A stretch of 64,000 nt of DNA from a candidate division FCPU426 bacterium (GTDB taxonomy: Bacteria > Oederibacteriota > Muellerivitia > Muellerivitales > Muellerivitaceae), in NCBI GenBank assembly GCA_963719085.1, contig CAVRAL010000004.1:32001-96000 (forward strand), written 5' to 3'. The notes under the pieces are model-generated. The model was not told where the DNA came from. It worked only from the letters and a program-made list of their open reading frames with translations, and ran no database searches. Both the position numbers and the translations under genes were made by a program. This document shows positions 49,054 through 61,700 of this stretch, in pieces (positions within the stretch are counted from its first letter, which is position 1; each line of letters begins with the position of its first letter).

Positions 49054-49653
49054 TTAAAGAAGGTTCCAGATCCATCCGGAAACCAGCCAACCGACCGAGA
49101 TAAAAACCAGGCCGGACGGGACCAAACAGGCCAAAAACTTGGAAGCCAGTTGAAAAGTCACGGGCGAAGGGTAAAAAATTTGGCTTCCCCATCCATCCAC
49201 CAGGCAAAAGCAATAACGGCAAAGATAAGTGACGAAAAAACCGAATCGAAAGGACACCGGCGTGAACCGAAAGGTTTGCTTTTGAAGGCATTGGGGGCAG
49301 AAAAAATGGCGGACTCCCGGAAGCAAATCCACTAATTTGGCCGGCCAGAAAACCCGTATATATAGGAAGAGAACCCCTTTCACTAGAAACGCCAGGGTTA
49401 CTTCTAAAATCGAGGCGTTTAAAAGCCAATCCCGATAAACCGGCCAGGCCCGCGCGAGAAGTCCCAAAATAGCGATCCAAGCCAAAAGCTTTAAGCTGTG
49501 CCGGATCCAATGGCGGATGTTGATTTTGAGGACTCCCCGCGCGTCCGTCTCCAGGCAATAGAGTCCAAAAACCCAGCTGAGAATTCCCAGCGTGTAGCCT
49601 AATAGAATTTGAAATGTTTTTAATGGAAATGACTTTTTAGCCGGACGGCTCAT
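49054..49653 (-). CDS. Hypothetical membrane protein with a CxxC...CxxC zinc-ribbon-like segment
   Basis: About four TM segments; FCPQC...LCRYC. Confidence 0.6.
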   Translation of the reverse strand: MSRPAKKSFPLKTFQILLGYTLGILSWVFGLYCLETDARGVLKINIRHWIRHSLKLLAWIAILGLLARAWPVYRDWLLNASILEVTLAFLVKGVLFLYIRVFWPAKLVDLLPGVRHFFCPQCLQKQTFRFTPVSFRFGFFVTYLCRYCFCLVDGWGSQIFYPSPVTFQLASKFLACLVPSGLVFISVGWLVSGWIWNLL

Positions 49654-49906
49654 GCTTTTCCTAGTTAAATTTCGATGATGACCACGCGAAAATCCTGTTG
49701 AATGAACGGTTTATTATCCCAGAAAAGAAACAAAGGACCAAATAAATAAGGCTGGATGGACCGACAAACAAAAACACTCATTTGTTCGTCCGCCTAAACC
49801 ATGAACCGGTTCACAAGCTTTATAAATGCATGAGCCGATGGGTTTCGAAATAAAGCGGAAGGGTCAAAACCAATAACGAAAAACCCGATTTTGAGGGGTT
49901 ACCCCA

Positions 49907-49991
49907 GTCAAACTTCAATGCAGAATCGCGATCTTGAGGGTTTGGCGCCTGTCAAACTTCAGTGAAGAATCGCGATCTTGAGAGTTTGGCG
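49907..49991. repeat. Tandem 41-bp duplication of the 3' end of the giant gene
   Basis: 49907-49947 versus 49951-49991, 38/41 identical. Confidence 0.9.
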
Positions 49992-52900
49992 GGCGATCAA
50001 TTCGTTTCCCGACTTCAGTTCCACCACGCCGATATACATGCCGCTGGCGATGTTGATGCCGGCCAGGTTCCAGGTTACTTGGGAAGCGTTTCCAGGATCA
50101 TTGGTCAATCGGATCTTCGTCAATTCCCCCGCCACAGTGTAAAGTTCAATCTCCACGTTATCCACCAAGGGACTGTTCACGTTGATTTTAAACTTGGCCG
50201 TTTGGGTCTGGCTTAAATTAATCGGGTTGGGCTCCAGCAGGGTCTTCCCCGCGGCGCTGCCTGAAGGCGGCAGCACCACGATATCCCAGGTGGTTTCTTG
50301 GGAAGTCGTGTTGGGTTGGGTTGATTTGAGTTCCAAGAAATAGGAGCCGGGCTGCAGGAATTCGCCATTGGCGCCCTGGCCGTCCCAAACAAAACTTCCG
50401 CCCGATCCTAAGGTGATCGTCACACTGGCGCCTGCGGCCCCCGGCTGGTTATAGGATGGGCTCAAAGTTTGCGAGGAAATTTTCACGCCGCCCAACCCAT
50501 AATCTTTCAAGGACAAGGCCGCTACGCCCATCAACGACTCAATTTGAGCCGTATCGAGGCTTTCGACCACTTCACCGGCTCCGTTATAGAGGGTCAAAGA
50601 CAGCGTGCTTTGCGCCAGGTTGACGGTCACATCCTGGGTCACGCTGGTCGTCACCCCAAAGGGATCGGTGCTTTGCACTTTCACGTAATAGGTTCCATTG
50701 TTCACTTTATCGCCCTTGTTATTCGTGGCGTCCCAGCTAGCCAAGGTGACGCCGCCATAGACCAAAGAAGCCACATCTTGGGGTTTTTGAATCACCGATC
50801 CGGTCATGTCAAAACCGGAGAGGGCGAACGAAGACTCAAACGTGGTCAGGGTTTTGACCAGTTCCCCGGCCCCGTTATAAACATCGACATGAACCATGTA
50901 ATCACCGGTGACGGTTAAGGAATTGGAGGCGGAGACCAGGCCCCCCGGATAAGCCAATTGGGCCTGATTCACCACCGGATTAAACTCGCCCGCGAATAGC
51001 CCCAATTTGACTTGATACGTCAAAGTTCCGCTCGCCCCAGCCGGAATCACCGGCAAAGTCCAGGACAAAGTATTCGTCCCAGTGTTATAGACCCCGCCAT
51101 TTGACGCGGATCCGGCCACATAACTTTCAGCCGCCGTAGGTGGAAGATTATCCGTTAAGGTCACATTCAAAACCGAACCCGATCCCATATTGGAGTAAGC
51201 CAGTGAATAAGTGACGGTGTCATCGGCATGACCCGAACTTTCGGAAGCCGTCTTTACCAAGGTCAAGTAAGGCGTCGGAGTCGGGGTCGGCGTAAAGGTA
51301 AAGGTGAAGGTGGGCGTGGGCGTGTAGGTGAAGGTAAAGGTGGGGGTCGGCGTAAAGGTAAAGGTCGGCGTGTAAGTGGCGGTGGGGGTAAGCGTCGGTG
51401 TTGGGGTATGGGTCAAGGTCGGGGTCCGCGTGGGCGTAAAGGTTTCCGTCGGCGTAAAAGTGGTCGTCGGCGTCAAGGTCGGGGTTTTCGTGGGCGTCCA
51501 AGTCGCCGTATTCGTCGCGGTAAAGGTCAAAGTCGGCGTGGGACTTTGGGTCGCGGTCAAGGTCCAGGTCGGAGTAACGGTCAGCGTGGGCGTCAGGGTC
51601 GGCGTCACCGTCAAGGTATTCGTCGGGCTGTTAGTGGCGGTGGGCGTCAAGGTCGATGTCGGGGTCGGCGACTCGGTGGAAGTCAATGTCACCGTAAAGG
51701 TATCGGTGGGTGTCAAGGTCGGTGTTGGAGTGGGCGACAAGGTGGGCGTGTCCGAGGGCGTGGGCGTATCGGAAGCCGTCGGGGTGGACGTGTCGGTATT
51801 GGTATTAGTCACCGTTGGCGTATCCGTAAGGGTGGCGGTCTGAGTCGTGGTAGCTGAAGGCGTGGGGGTCAAAGTTTGAGTCGGCGTATTGGAAGGCGTC
51901 GGGGTTAAGGTCGGAGTCTTGGTTGAGGTCACTGTGGAAGTGGAAGTTGGCGTCGAAGTGTCGGTGGCCGTATTCACCGAGGTATTGGTAGGTGTCGGCG
52001 TCCAAGTCGTTGTGGGAGTTGGGGTCAGCGTATTCGTGGCCGTAGACGTAGGCGAAGCGGTCGGAGTGAGGGTAACCGTTGAGGTTGACGTCCAGCTATT
52101 GGTCACTGTCGGCGTGGGTGTTGCCGTAGCCGTTTCCGTCGCCGTCCAGGTGGGCGTAGGCGTCGGTGTAAAAAGCGGGGTGTGGGTGGGAGTCGGCGTT
52201 GCCGTAGCGGTTGGCGACGCCGTCGGGGTCGAGGTTGGAGTTGGCGTAGGGGTATTTGTTTGGGTCCAAGTCGCCGTTGGAGTTTGAGTGACGGTAGGCG
52301 TATTCGAGGCCGTTGGAGTATCGGACGGGGTGGAGGTGGACGTCGGGGTAAAGGTCGGGGTGGGGGTGAAGAGCGGCGTGTAAGTCTTCGTCGGCGTTGA
52401 TGTGGGCGTCAAAGTAAAAGTGGGAGTCGGTGTCACCGTCGCCGTAGGCGTGGCGGTCGAAGTGGAGGTGAGGGTAAAGGTTAAAGTCGGCGTCAAACTG
52501 GGAGTGGGGGTCGCGGTCAAACTCGGCGTCGGGGTAAGCGTCACGGTTAAAGTCGGGGTCGGCGTCGCTGTAGCCGTTAGCGAGGCCGTGGGTGTAAAGG
52601 TCAAGGTTTTGGTTGGAGTGGCGGTAGGCGTCGGCGTAAAGATAGACGTTTGAGTGGGTGTGGCTGTAGACGTAGGCGATGCCGTAGCCGTAGGCGAGGC
52701 AGTCAAAGTCGGGGTAGATGAATTGGTGGGCGTCAAAGTGGGTGTTGGACTGTTGGTGGGCGTCGGGGTCGGACTGTTAGTCAGGGTATTGGTGGGGGTC
52801 GCCGTTGGTGTCTTCGTCGGCGTTGAGGTTGGAGTCGGCGTCGCCGTAGGGCTATTGGTGGGGGTATTGGTTGCCGTAGGCGTGGGTGTATTCGTCGGTG

Positions 52901-55559
52901 TGGTCGTTGGCGTTAAGGTGGGCGTGGCCGTAGGACTATTAGTTGGAGTATTCGTTGCTGTAGACGTAGGCGTGGCGGTCGGAGTGGGGGTATTTGTCAA
53001 AGTGTTAGTCGGTGTCATCGTTGGTGTCTTCGTCGGGGTAAAGGTTGGCGTAGCCGTGGGGCTATTGGTCGGGGTATTCGTCGGCGTGGCGGTCGCGGTC
53101 GGAGTATAAGTGGGCGTATTCGTCGGTGTGGTCGTTGGTGTCGTCGTCGGGGTAAAAGTTGGCGTGGCCGTGGGGCTATTGGTCGGGGTATTCGTCGGCG
53201 TAACGGTGGCCGTAGGGGTCGGTGAGGCAGTCGGTGTATTGGTAGGTGTGGCGGTAGGCGTCTTAGTGGGAGTCAGAGTCGGCGTCGGGGTCGGTGTCGC
53301 AGTTAGTGTGGGTGTGAGAGTCGTTGTAAAGGTCGCGGACGGCGTTGCCGTAGGCGTCGAGGTTCTCGTTGGTGTCGGACTGCTGGTCGGGGTCAAAGTC
53401 GGAGTCAAGGTAGGGGTAAGTGTCGGCGTCAGCGTCGGTGTCAAAGTAAGCGTTGGGGTAAGTGTTGGCGTAAGGGTCGGGGTAAACGTCGGGGATGGCG
53501 TAGGAGTGGGCGTCAAGGTTCGCGTGGGAGTTGGACTATTCGTGAGGGTCAAAGTCGGAGTGAGGGTGGGCGTCGCCGAAGAGGTCGGAGTTGGCGTTAA
53601 GGTCGGCGTAAGGGTCGCGGTCAAAGTGGGCGTACGGGTGGGCGTGGGGCTAAACGTTGAAGTCGGAGTAATGGTGGGTGAGGCCGTGTTGGTGGGCGTA
53701 GGGGTACAGGTGGGAGCCGGCGTACTGCAAGGCGGGACGCCGGTATTGGGATCCAAATCACCCGCGGCGTCCGTCACTTCCGAAACCAAACTGCCGTTGT
53801 AATAAAGTGCGTAATAAGGCGTGTCATGCAGATTGGTATCCGCGCAACTGCTTCCCGCCCCCAAATGGGAATAATCATCCGCCCAATTACCGCCGTCCAT
53901 TTGGGAATTGTTCCGGCCGAATTTGAACATATCACCCTGGGACTGCCAATAACCCCCGTTGGGGGGAATTTGAACCGTATCCGACGCCCCAATCGTGAAG
54001 GTTACGGCTTGGTTCGCGTAATGCCCCGAGATGGCCGTACAAGGGGTCGAACTGCCGTGGCTGGTGGAAGTGCCGCTGAGATTGACGTTATTGGACCCTC
54101 CCACGCTGTTGACGGTTTGCCCCGCCGAATTGGTGAAGGTATCCATATTTTCGGCGCCGGTTTCATAAAGCCAAACCACGATGCTGACATTGGTCAAGGG
54201 GAATGCGGTGGCGCCGTAATTAGTGATACGCACCCCGAAGTTTTGGGTTTGATTCCCCATCGAGTTACAGGCCACCTGCATATTCAGCAAGGGACCGGCG
54301 GAGGATCCGCAAGGCACGGGCCCGGTGGTGAAGGTGGGCGTGGGCACGGGCGGCGTGAGGGTTCCCGTGGGGGTGAAGGTGGGCGACAGGGTGGAGGTCA
54401 GGGTGGGAGTAGGCGTTGGTGTATTGGTGCCGCAAGGAATCGTGGAAACAATCGTGGCGGCTGAACTGGCGTTGCCGGTGGCCCAAGTCACGCTGGCTGA
54501 ATTGGTGACCGATTGGCAAAGGTTGTTCGGGTAATAATAATTGATGAGATAACCGGTCAAGGTCACGCAGGTATTCGCGGGGAAAGCGTAAGCCCCGGAA
54601 TAGACGATTTGTCCGTTGTTACATTGAACGCTGCCGATGTTGCTGATAGGCGGCGTGGGACAGGGTACCCATCCGCCCCATTGAAATCCGCCGCCGCTGA
54701 AGTTATCCGAGACGGTGACGGAAGCGTTCGTCACCGCGGAGCCCGTGTTACAAAGTTGAAGGCAATAGGTAATGGACTCCGCGTTGCCGTTGAATATGGG
54801 GCCGCCTCCCGAACAAATCGATTTGGTGATGGTAAAATTGGGCGCGGTCAAAGTGGGGACAGGCGTCGGGATGGTCAGGCATTGTTTCCAGAAAAGGGCG
54901 CCCGTGCTGTTGCTGGAGCTATCATCCGCGGTGGCGTTATTGGATATAAAAGGAAGATAGGCTCCGGTGACCGGGTTAAAGATCGGCTGGCCCCAGGTTT
55001 GACCCGTCACCACAACCGGCGACTGGGTGAAGTCGCCGCTGGGATCCGTATAGCCGGGCTGATACCAATTGTAAGTTCCGTCATTGGGTGGATCGGTGCT
55101 GGGATTGCCTAAGGGCGTGTAATAAAGTGAATCACCTGCGTTAGAGCTGGTAATTTCGGCGTGTCCCCCGCCGGCGCAAGTGATGTCCAAATCCCAGGAC
55201 GTGTAATTATCGTTCGGCGCCGAGTTTTGGGTCTTGATGGCCAGGCAAACCGCTCCGGGCGCCACGTTCGACGGCGGTGACGTGATGTCCGCGAGCGGAA
55301 TCGTCAGCGACGTGATGCAGCCGGTCGATCCTTCATTGCAATAATTAATCGTCCCAACCGAATTGCCGTTAATCCAAACATTGGACGTATCGTCGCCGCC
55401 CACATCAATTTGCGCCGACGTGGGGGTACAAGGTTGGGCTGAAACAGGGGTGGGAGAAAAAAAACTAAGAAAGATTCCTAAACAAAATAGTTTGAACCCA
55501 AGCCGAAACGAAAGCCGGGTTGAATAAAAAAGATAACAAGTTAAAATAGGGACTTTCAT
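49959..55559 (-). CDS. Giant secreted surface protein (1866 aa): lectin-like, DUF11-like and CBM3-like domains, Thr/Pro stalk, FlgD-Ig/T9SS-like C-terminus
   Basis: Signal peptide; roughly 800-aa T-x-T-P tract; [17 protein letters not shown]...NGTYY, EPNP...YTVAGEL...ASGMY...KIAILH. Confidence 0.85.
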   Translation of the reverse strand: MKVPILTCYLFYSTRLSFRLGFKLFCLGIFLSFFSPTPVSAQPCTPTSAQIDVGGDDTSNVWINGNSVGTINYCNEGSTGCITSLTIPLADITSPPSNVAPGAVCLAIKTQNSAPNDNYTSWDLDITCAGGGHAEITSSNAGDSLYYTPLGNPSTDPPNDGTYNWYQPGYTDPSGDFTQSPVVVTGQTWGQPIFNPVTGAYLPFISNNATADDSSSNSTGALFWKQCLTIPTPVPTLTAPNFTITKSICSGGGPIFNGNAESITYCLQLCNTGSAVTNASVTVSDNFSGGGFQWGGWVPCPTPPISNIGSVQCNNGQIVYSGAYAFPANTCVTLTGYLINYYYPNNLCQSVTNSASVTWATGNASSAATIVSTIPCGTNTPTPTPTLTSTLSPTFTPTGTLTPPVPTPTFTTGPVPCGSSAGPLLNMQVACNSMGNQTQNFGVRITNYGATAFPLTNVSIVVWLYETGAENMDTFTNSAGQTVNSVGGSNNVNLSGTSTSHGSSTPCTAISGHYANQAVTFTIGASDTVQIPPNGGYWQSQGDMFKFGRNNSQMDGGNWADDYSHLGAGSSCADTNLHDTPYYALYYNGSLVSEVTDAAGDLDPNTGVPPCSTPAPTCTPTPTNTASPTITPTSTFSPTPTRTPTLTATLTPTLTPTPTSSATPTLTPTLTLTNSPTPTRTLTPTPTPSPTFTPTLTPTLTPTLTLTPTLTPTLTPTLTPTLTPTSSPTPTRTSTPTATPSATFTTTLTPTLTATPTPTPTLTPTKTPTATPTNTPTASPTPTATVTPTNTPTNSPTATPTFTPTTTPTTTPTNTPTYTPTATATPTNTPTNSPTATPTFTPTKTPTMTPTNTLTNTPTPTATPTSTATNTPTNSPTATPTLTPTTTPTNTPTPTATNTPTNSPTATPTPTSTPTKTPTATPTNTLTNSPTPTPTNSPTPTLTPTNSSTPTLTASPTATASPTSTATPTQTSIFTPTPTATPTKTLTFTPTASLTATATPTPTLTVTLTPTPSLTATPTPSLTPTLTFTLTSTSTATPTATVTPTPTFTLTPTSTPTKTYTPLFTPTPTFTPTSTSTPSDTPTASNTPTVTQTPTATWTQTNTPTPTPTSTPTASPTATATPTPTHTPLFTPTPTPTWTATETATATPTPTVTNSWTSTSTVTLTPTASPTSTATNTLTPTPTTTWTPTPTNTSVNTATDTSTPTSTSTVTSTKTPTLTPTPSNTPTQTLTPTPSATTTQTATLTDTPTVTNTNTDTSTPTASDTPTPSDTPTLSPTPTPTLTPTDTFTVTLTSTESPTPTSTLTPTATNSPTNTLTVTPTLTPTLTVTPTWTLTATQSPTPTLTFTATNTATWTPTKTPTLTPTTTFTPTETFTPTRTPTLTHTPTPTLTPTATYTPTFTFTPTPTFTFTYTPTPTFTFTFTPTPTPTPYLTLVKTASESSGHADDTVTYSLAYSNMGSGSVLNVTLTDNLPPTAAESYVAGSASNGGVYNTGTNTLSWTLPVIPAGASGTLTYQVKLGLFAGEFNPVVNQAQLAYPGGLVSASNSLTVTGDYMVHVDVYNGAGELVKTLTTFESSFALSGFDMTGSVIQKPQDVASLVYGGVTLASWDATNNKGDKVNNGTYYVKVQSTDPFGVTTSVTQDVTVNLAQSTLSLTLYNGAGEVVESLDTAQIESLMGVAALSLKDYGLGGVKISSQTLSPSYNQPGAAGASVTITLGSGGSFVWDGQGANGEFLQPGSYFLELKSTQPNTTSQETTWDIVVLPPSGSAAGKTLLEPNPINLSQTQTAKFKINVNSPLVDNVEIELYTVAGELTKIRLTNDPGNASQVTWNLAGINIASGMYIGVVELKSGNELIARQTLKIAILH

Positions 55560-55709
55560 GATGATTCCCGTAAATGGTCGGCTTCGTTTCGTTAAAAACG
55601 ATTTTTGGTTGCTCGCTAAAACGCATTACTTCACCTCCAAATATTACATCATGTTTATCATTAAAACAGCTGTTAAACCGGATAAATGAAACCAAATAAA
55701 GGGCCAATT

Positions 55710-58700
55710 TTAATGCAAAATGGCCAATTTCATGATTTTGCGATCAAGGACTTGGTTCCCTTCGCGCAATTCAACATCCGCGAAATACATTCCACTCGCC
55801 AAGCTGATGCCGCTTAAGTTCCAGGTGACCCAATTTAAGTTCCCAGGGTCATTCATCAAAGCGGGGCCCACCAGTTCGCCCGCCAAGGTGTAAATTTTCA
55901 CTTGAACGTTGTCCGCTTGCGGCGCGCTCAATGTCAGCGCGAACATCACCTTTTGGGTTTGGTTCAAATAAACCAGGTTGGGTTCCACCACGACCTTTAC
56001 AATCGGCGAGCTGTTCTGATCCAAGACAGTGACGTTCTCGCTGACATTGGCTTGCGCTTGCCCGGAAATTTGGGAAGTGAAATTCAGGGTATATTGACCC
56101 GAACTCACAATTTTCCCGCCGGCGTTCACCCCTTCCCATCGGAAGCTTCGGCCCGATCCCAGCGTGATTAAAACCGAGCTTCCGTTTCCAGTTGGGTTGC
56201 CGTAAGAAGGCGTAATCACCGTCGGTGAAAAGGTCGCCAAGCCCAGATCATAGTCGGCCGTCTGCAAAGGCCCGCCGATGAGCGTCTCCAGCTGTGTTTT
56301 GGAAAGCGTCATCACAATTTCGCCCGAGCTATTGAAGACCGTGAATTGCATCGAGTTGGTTTTTAACATCACGGTCGTTTGCTGGGTAACCGTCGTTGAG
56401 ACGCCAAGGGGATCCGTACTGTTCACCACGATGAAATAAGTTCCGTTTGATACCTTATCACCCTTAACATTCGTTCCATCCCAGGCGTCCAGCGTCATCC
56501 CCTGATAAAGAATCTTAACCGAATCCCCATCCGTTTGGATCAGGTCGCCCGTCAAGCTAAAGCTCGAAATAGGGGAGGCCAATTCAAAGGTATCCAACGT
56601 TTTCACCAGCTCACCTGACGAATTGAAGACGGAAATTTTCACGACATAATCCCCCGCCATGGTCACCGAATTGGAAACACAATCGGTTATTCCGGCGTAG
56701 GACAAGCAGGCGTTATTGACCAGCGTTTCCCCGGAATGAACTTGTAACCCGATTTGCGCCTTATAAGTCAGCACAAGGCTCGCGCCCGGCGCCAGAGAAG
56801 GAATCGACCAGGTGATTTCCGCGCCGTTATCTAAGCCGCCGTCCGAGGCCGAACCGGCCACATAGATCATCGCGCTGGGCAAGGTGTCGGTAACCGAAGC
56901 GTTAAAAATAGTCGTGCTGCCCAAATTGGAATAGGTCAGGGTATAGGTAATCACGTCCGCTCCATGGGCGGTCGTTTCGGACGCGGCCTTCACCAACGAT
57001 CCAAACGGCGTGGCGGTCGGGGTCGGGGTAAAGGTAAAGGTCGCCGTCATCGTGAATGTCGGGGTGGGGGTATTCGTCACGGTCGGCGTACGGGTTACCG
57101 TGGGGGTCGGCGTCAAAGTAGGGGTGAAGGTCGGTGTAAAGGTCAAAGTGGCCGTCGGGGTTTGGGTCGGCGTACGCGTCACCGTTGGGGTAGGGGTGGT
57201 GGTGGGGGTAAAGCTGTTCGTCGGCGTATTGGTCATTGTCGCCGTAGCCGTCGGCGAGGCGGTTGGAGTCACCGTCGGGGAATTCGTGGCCGTGGGCGTC
57301 AAAGTGGCCGTTGGAGTATCGGTCGGGGTATTGGTCGTGGTCGGCGTGGGCGTCGTCGTAGGCGAGTCGGTTGGGGTAAAAGTGGGCGTGACCGTGGGAG
57401 TGTTGGTCAGGGTCGGGGTATCCGTTGGCGTCGCGCTGGAAGTTGGCGAATCCGTGGGAGTAGCTGTCGAGCTGGGTGTCGGGCTGTCCGTGGGGCTATT
57501 GGTCGGCGTGGTCGTAGGCGTATCGGTCGGAGTATGGGTGAATGTAGGCGTGTTCGTGGGCGTTTGAGTCGGGGTCATGGTTGGCGTGTCCGTGGCTGTG
57601 GGCGAAGCGGTCGGCGTATGGGTCAAAGTCACCGTCGGCGTATTCGTCGTGGTCGGGGTGTCGGTTGGGGTATTGGTCACGGTCGGCGTTGCCGTGGCCG
57701 TCGGCGTATTCGTCGGAGTCTTCGTCGGCGTCACGGTGGGCGTATCCGTCACCGTCAGGGTGTCGGTCGGCGTGTTGGTCACCGTCGGCGTGTTCGTCGA
57801 CGTCTCGGTCGGCGTATCCGTTATCGTCGCGGTGGTGGTCGGGGTGGCCGTGGGTGTATCGGTCGGCGTGTTGGTGACCGTGGGGGTGTTCGTCGGCGTC
57901 TGAGTCGGCGTCACCGTGGGCGTGTCGGTCGTCGTCGGCGTATCCGTTGGGGTATTGGTCACGGTCGGCGTCGCCGTGGCCGTTGGCGTATTCGTCGGAG
58001 TCTTAGTCGATGTCACGGTGGGTGTGTCCGTTGTCGTAGGCGTATTAGTTGGCGTATTGGTCAAGGTCACCGTCGGCGTATCGGTCGGAGTGTTGGTCGC
58101 GGTAATTGTCGCCGTGGTGGTCGGGGTGGCCGTGGGTGTATCGGTCGGCGTATTGGTGACCGTGGGGGTGTTCGTCGGCGTCTTAGTCGGCGTCACCGTC
58201 GGCGTATTCGTCGTGGTCGGGGTGTCGGTTGGGGTATTGGTCACGGTCGGCGTATTCGTCGGAGTCTTCGTCGGCGTCACCGTGGGCGTATTGGTGACCG
58301 TCGGCGTGTCGGTTGGAGTATTGGTCAAAGTGACCGTCGGGGTCGCCGTAGTCGTCGGCGTATCCGTTGGAGTGTTGGTCGCCGTAATCGTCGCGGTGGT
58401 GGTCGGGGTGGCCGTGGGTGTATCGGTCGGCGTGTTGGTGACCGTGGGGGTGTTCGTCGGCGTCTGAGTCGGCGTCACCGTGGGCGTGTCGGTCGTCGTC
58501 GGCGTATCCGTTGGGGTATTGGTCACGGTCGGCGTCGCCGTGGCCGTTGGCGTATTCGTCGGAGTCTTAGTCGATGTCACGGTGGGTGTGTCCGTTGTCG
58601 TAGGCGTATTAGTTGGCGTATTGGTCAAGGTCACCGTCGGCGTATCGGTCGGAGTGTTGGTCGCGGTAATTGTCGCCGTGGTGGTCGGAGTCGCGGTCGG

Positions 58701-61700
58701 TGTGTCCGTCGGGGTATTCGTCACGGTTGGAGTGTTGGTCGGCGTCTTAGTCGGTGTCACCGTAGGCGTGTCGGTTGGCGTATTGGTTGGCGTCACGGTG
58801 GGTGTATTGGTTGTCGTCGGCGTATCCGAAGGTGTGGGTGTGGCCGTGGTCGTAGGCGTATTGGTCGTCGTATTGGTCAAGGTCGCCGTCGGCGTATCGG
58901 TTGGGGTATTGGTCGCGGTGATCGTCGCCGTAGTAGTTGGAGTCGCGGTCGGCGTATCCGTCGGGGTATTCGTCACCGTCGGAGTGTTGGTCGGCGTCTT
59001 AGTCGGCGTCACCGTAGGTGTATCGGTCGGGGTATTGGTAACGGTCGGCGTGTTCGTCGGGGTGTTGGTAGGAGTGTTTGTCACTGTGGGCGTATTCGTA
59101 GGCGTATTGGTCGGGGTATTGGTGACGGTCGGCGTATTCGTAGGCGTGTTGGTTGGAGTGTTTGTCACTGTGGGCGTATTCGTCGGCGTGTTGGTCGGGG
59201 TATTTGTGACCGTAGGCGTATTCGTGGGTGTATTGGTTGGAGTGTTCGTAACCGTCGGCGTATTCGTAGGCGTATTGGTCGGGGTATTGGTGACGGTCGG
59301 CGTATTCGTAGGCGTATTGGTCGGGGTATTGGTCACTGTCGGAGTATTAGTCGGTGTGTTCGTTGGCGTATTTGTCACGGTCGGCGTGTTCGTCGGGGTG
59401 CTGGTGGGAGTATTTGTCACTGTGGGCGTATTCGTAGGGGTATTAGTCGGGGTATTCGTCACTGTCGGTGTGTTCGTTGGCGTGTTTGTCACCGTTGGCG
59501 TATTCGTAGGCGTATTGGTCGGGGTATTGGTGACGGTCGGCGTGTTCGTAGGTGTGTTGGTTGGAGTGCTCGTGACCGTCGGAGTATTCGTAGGTGTGTT
59601 GGTCGGGGTATTTGTGACCGTAGGCGTATTCGTGGGTGTATTGGTTGGAGTGTTCGTAACCGTCGGCGTATTCGTAGGCGTATTGGTCGGGGTATTGGTC
59701 ACTGTCGGAGTATTCGTCGGTGTGTTCGTTGGCGTATTCGTCACGGTCGGCGTGTTCGTCGGGGTGCTGGTGGGAGTATTTGTCACTGTGGGCGTATTCG
59801 TAGGGGTATTAGTCGGGGTATTCGTCACTGTCGGTGTGTTCGTTGGCGTATTGGTCGGGGTATTGGTGACGGTCGGCGTGTTCGTCGGGGTGTTGGTAGG
59901 AGTGTTCGTGACCGTCGGGGTATTCGTAGGTGTGTTGGTCGGGGTATTCGTCACTGTCGGAGTATTCGTAGGCGTATTGGTCGGAGTGTTTGTCACTGTG
60001 GGCGTATTCGTCGGCGTGTTGGTTGGGGTATTCGTCACAGTAGGAGTATGAGTCGGCGTGTTGGTCGGGGTATTGGTGACCGTAGGCGTATTCGTAGGTG
60101 TGTTGGTTGGGGTATTGGTAACGGTTGGGGTATTCGTCGGGGTGCTGGTGGGAGTATTTGTCACTGTGGGCGTATTCGTAGGGGTATTAGTCGGGGTATT
60201 CGTCACTGTCGGTGTGTTCGTTGGCGTATTGGTCGGGGTATTGGTGACGGTCGGCGTATTCGTAGGCGTGTTGGTTGGAGTGTTTGTCACTGTGGGCGTA
60301 TTCGTCGGCGTGTTGGTCGGGGTATTGGTGACCGTAGGCGTATTCGTAGGTGTGTTGGTTGGGGTATTGGTAACGGTCGGCGTGTTCGTCGGGGTGTTGG
60401 TAGGAGTGTTTGTCACTGTGGGCGTATTCGTGGGTGTATTGGTTGGAGTGTTCGTAACCGTCGGCGTGTTCGTAGGTGTGTTGGTTGGAGTGTTCGTGAC
60501 CGTCGGGGTATTCGTAGGTGTGTTGGTCGGGGTATTCGTCACTGTCGGAGTATTCGTAGGCGTATTGGTCGGAGTGTTTGTCACTGTGGGCGTATTCGTC
60601 GGCGTGTTGGTTGGGGTATTCGTCACAGTAGGAGTATGAGTCGGCGTGTTGGTCGGGGTATTGGTGACCGTAGGCGTATTCGTAGGTGTGTTGGTTGGGG
60701 TATTCGTCGGGGTGTTGGTAGGAGTGTTTGTCACTGTGGGCGTATTCGTGGGTGTATTGGTTGGAGTGTTCGTAACCGTCGGCGTGTTCGTAGGTGTGTT
60801 GGTCGGAGTATTAGTTACCGTTGGTGTGTTTGTGGGTGTCTTAGTTGGGGTGTTCGTTACTGTAGGCGTATTCGTAGGCGTATTGGTCGGGGTATTGGTC
60901 ACCGTCGGAGTATTAGTCGGGGTGTTCGTTGGCGTATTCGTCACGGTCGGCGTGTTCGTCGGGGTGCTGGTGGGAGTATTTGTCACTGTGGGCGTATTCG
61001 TAGGGGTATTAGTCGGGGTATTGGTCACTGTCGGTGTGTTCGTTGGCGTGTTTGTCACCGTTGGCGTATTCGTAGGCGTATTGGTCGGGGTATTCGTCAC
61101 TGTCGGAGTATTCGTCGGTGTGTTCGTTGGGGTATTCGTAACGGTCGGCGTGCTGGTGGGTGTCTTAGTTGGGGTGTTCGTCACTGTAGGCGTGTTGGTC
61201 GGTGTATTAGTCGGGGTATTCGTGACCGTCGGTGTATTCGTAGGCGTGTTGGTCGGAGTATTGGTCACCGTTGGTGTGTTAGTGGGTGTACTGGTTAGGG
61301 TATTCGTCACGGTTGGCGTATTCGTAGGCGTGTTAGTCGGCGTGTTGGTGACCGTCGGTGTATTCGTCGGCGTAGTAGTCGGTGTCTTAGTCGGGGTAGT
61401 CGTTGCTGTGTTGGTCGGCGTTGTCGTGGGTGTATTCGTCGGCGTGTTGGTGGGGGTCGTGGTGGGAGTCGTAGTTGGAGTATTAGTCGGTGTATTCGTC
61501 ACCGTCGGGGTAGTCGTCGGCGTGTTAGTGGGGGTCGTGGTGGGGGTTTGCGTCAAGGTAATTGTGGGCGTCGGGGTCAGGGTCACGGTCGGAGTTTTAG
61601 TTAAGGTGACGGTCGGCGTTTGGGTCAGGGTGACCGTGGGTGTCAAAGTGGGCGTCTGAGTCGGCGTTGTGGTAGGCGTCTGGGTAAGCGTAATCGTCGG

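Noticed and set aside
49907..49991. Diversity-generating retroelement template/variable repeat pair
   Set aside because: Too short, differences are synonymous and not consistently at adenines of one copy, and there is no reverse transcriptase in the window.
59030..61350. Ice-nucleation or antifreeze protein based on TxT periodicity
   Set aside because: Pro at about every fourth residue is incompatible with the beta-solenoid of TxT ice-binding proteins; a linker or stalk fits better.
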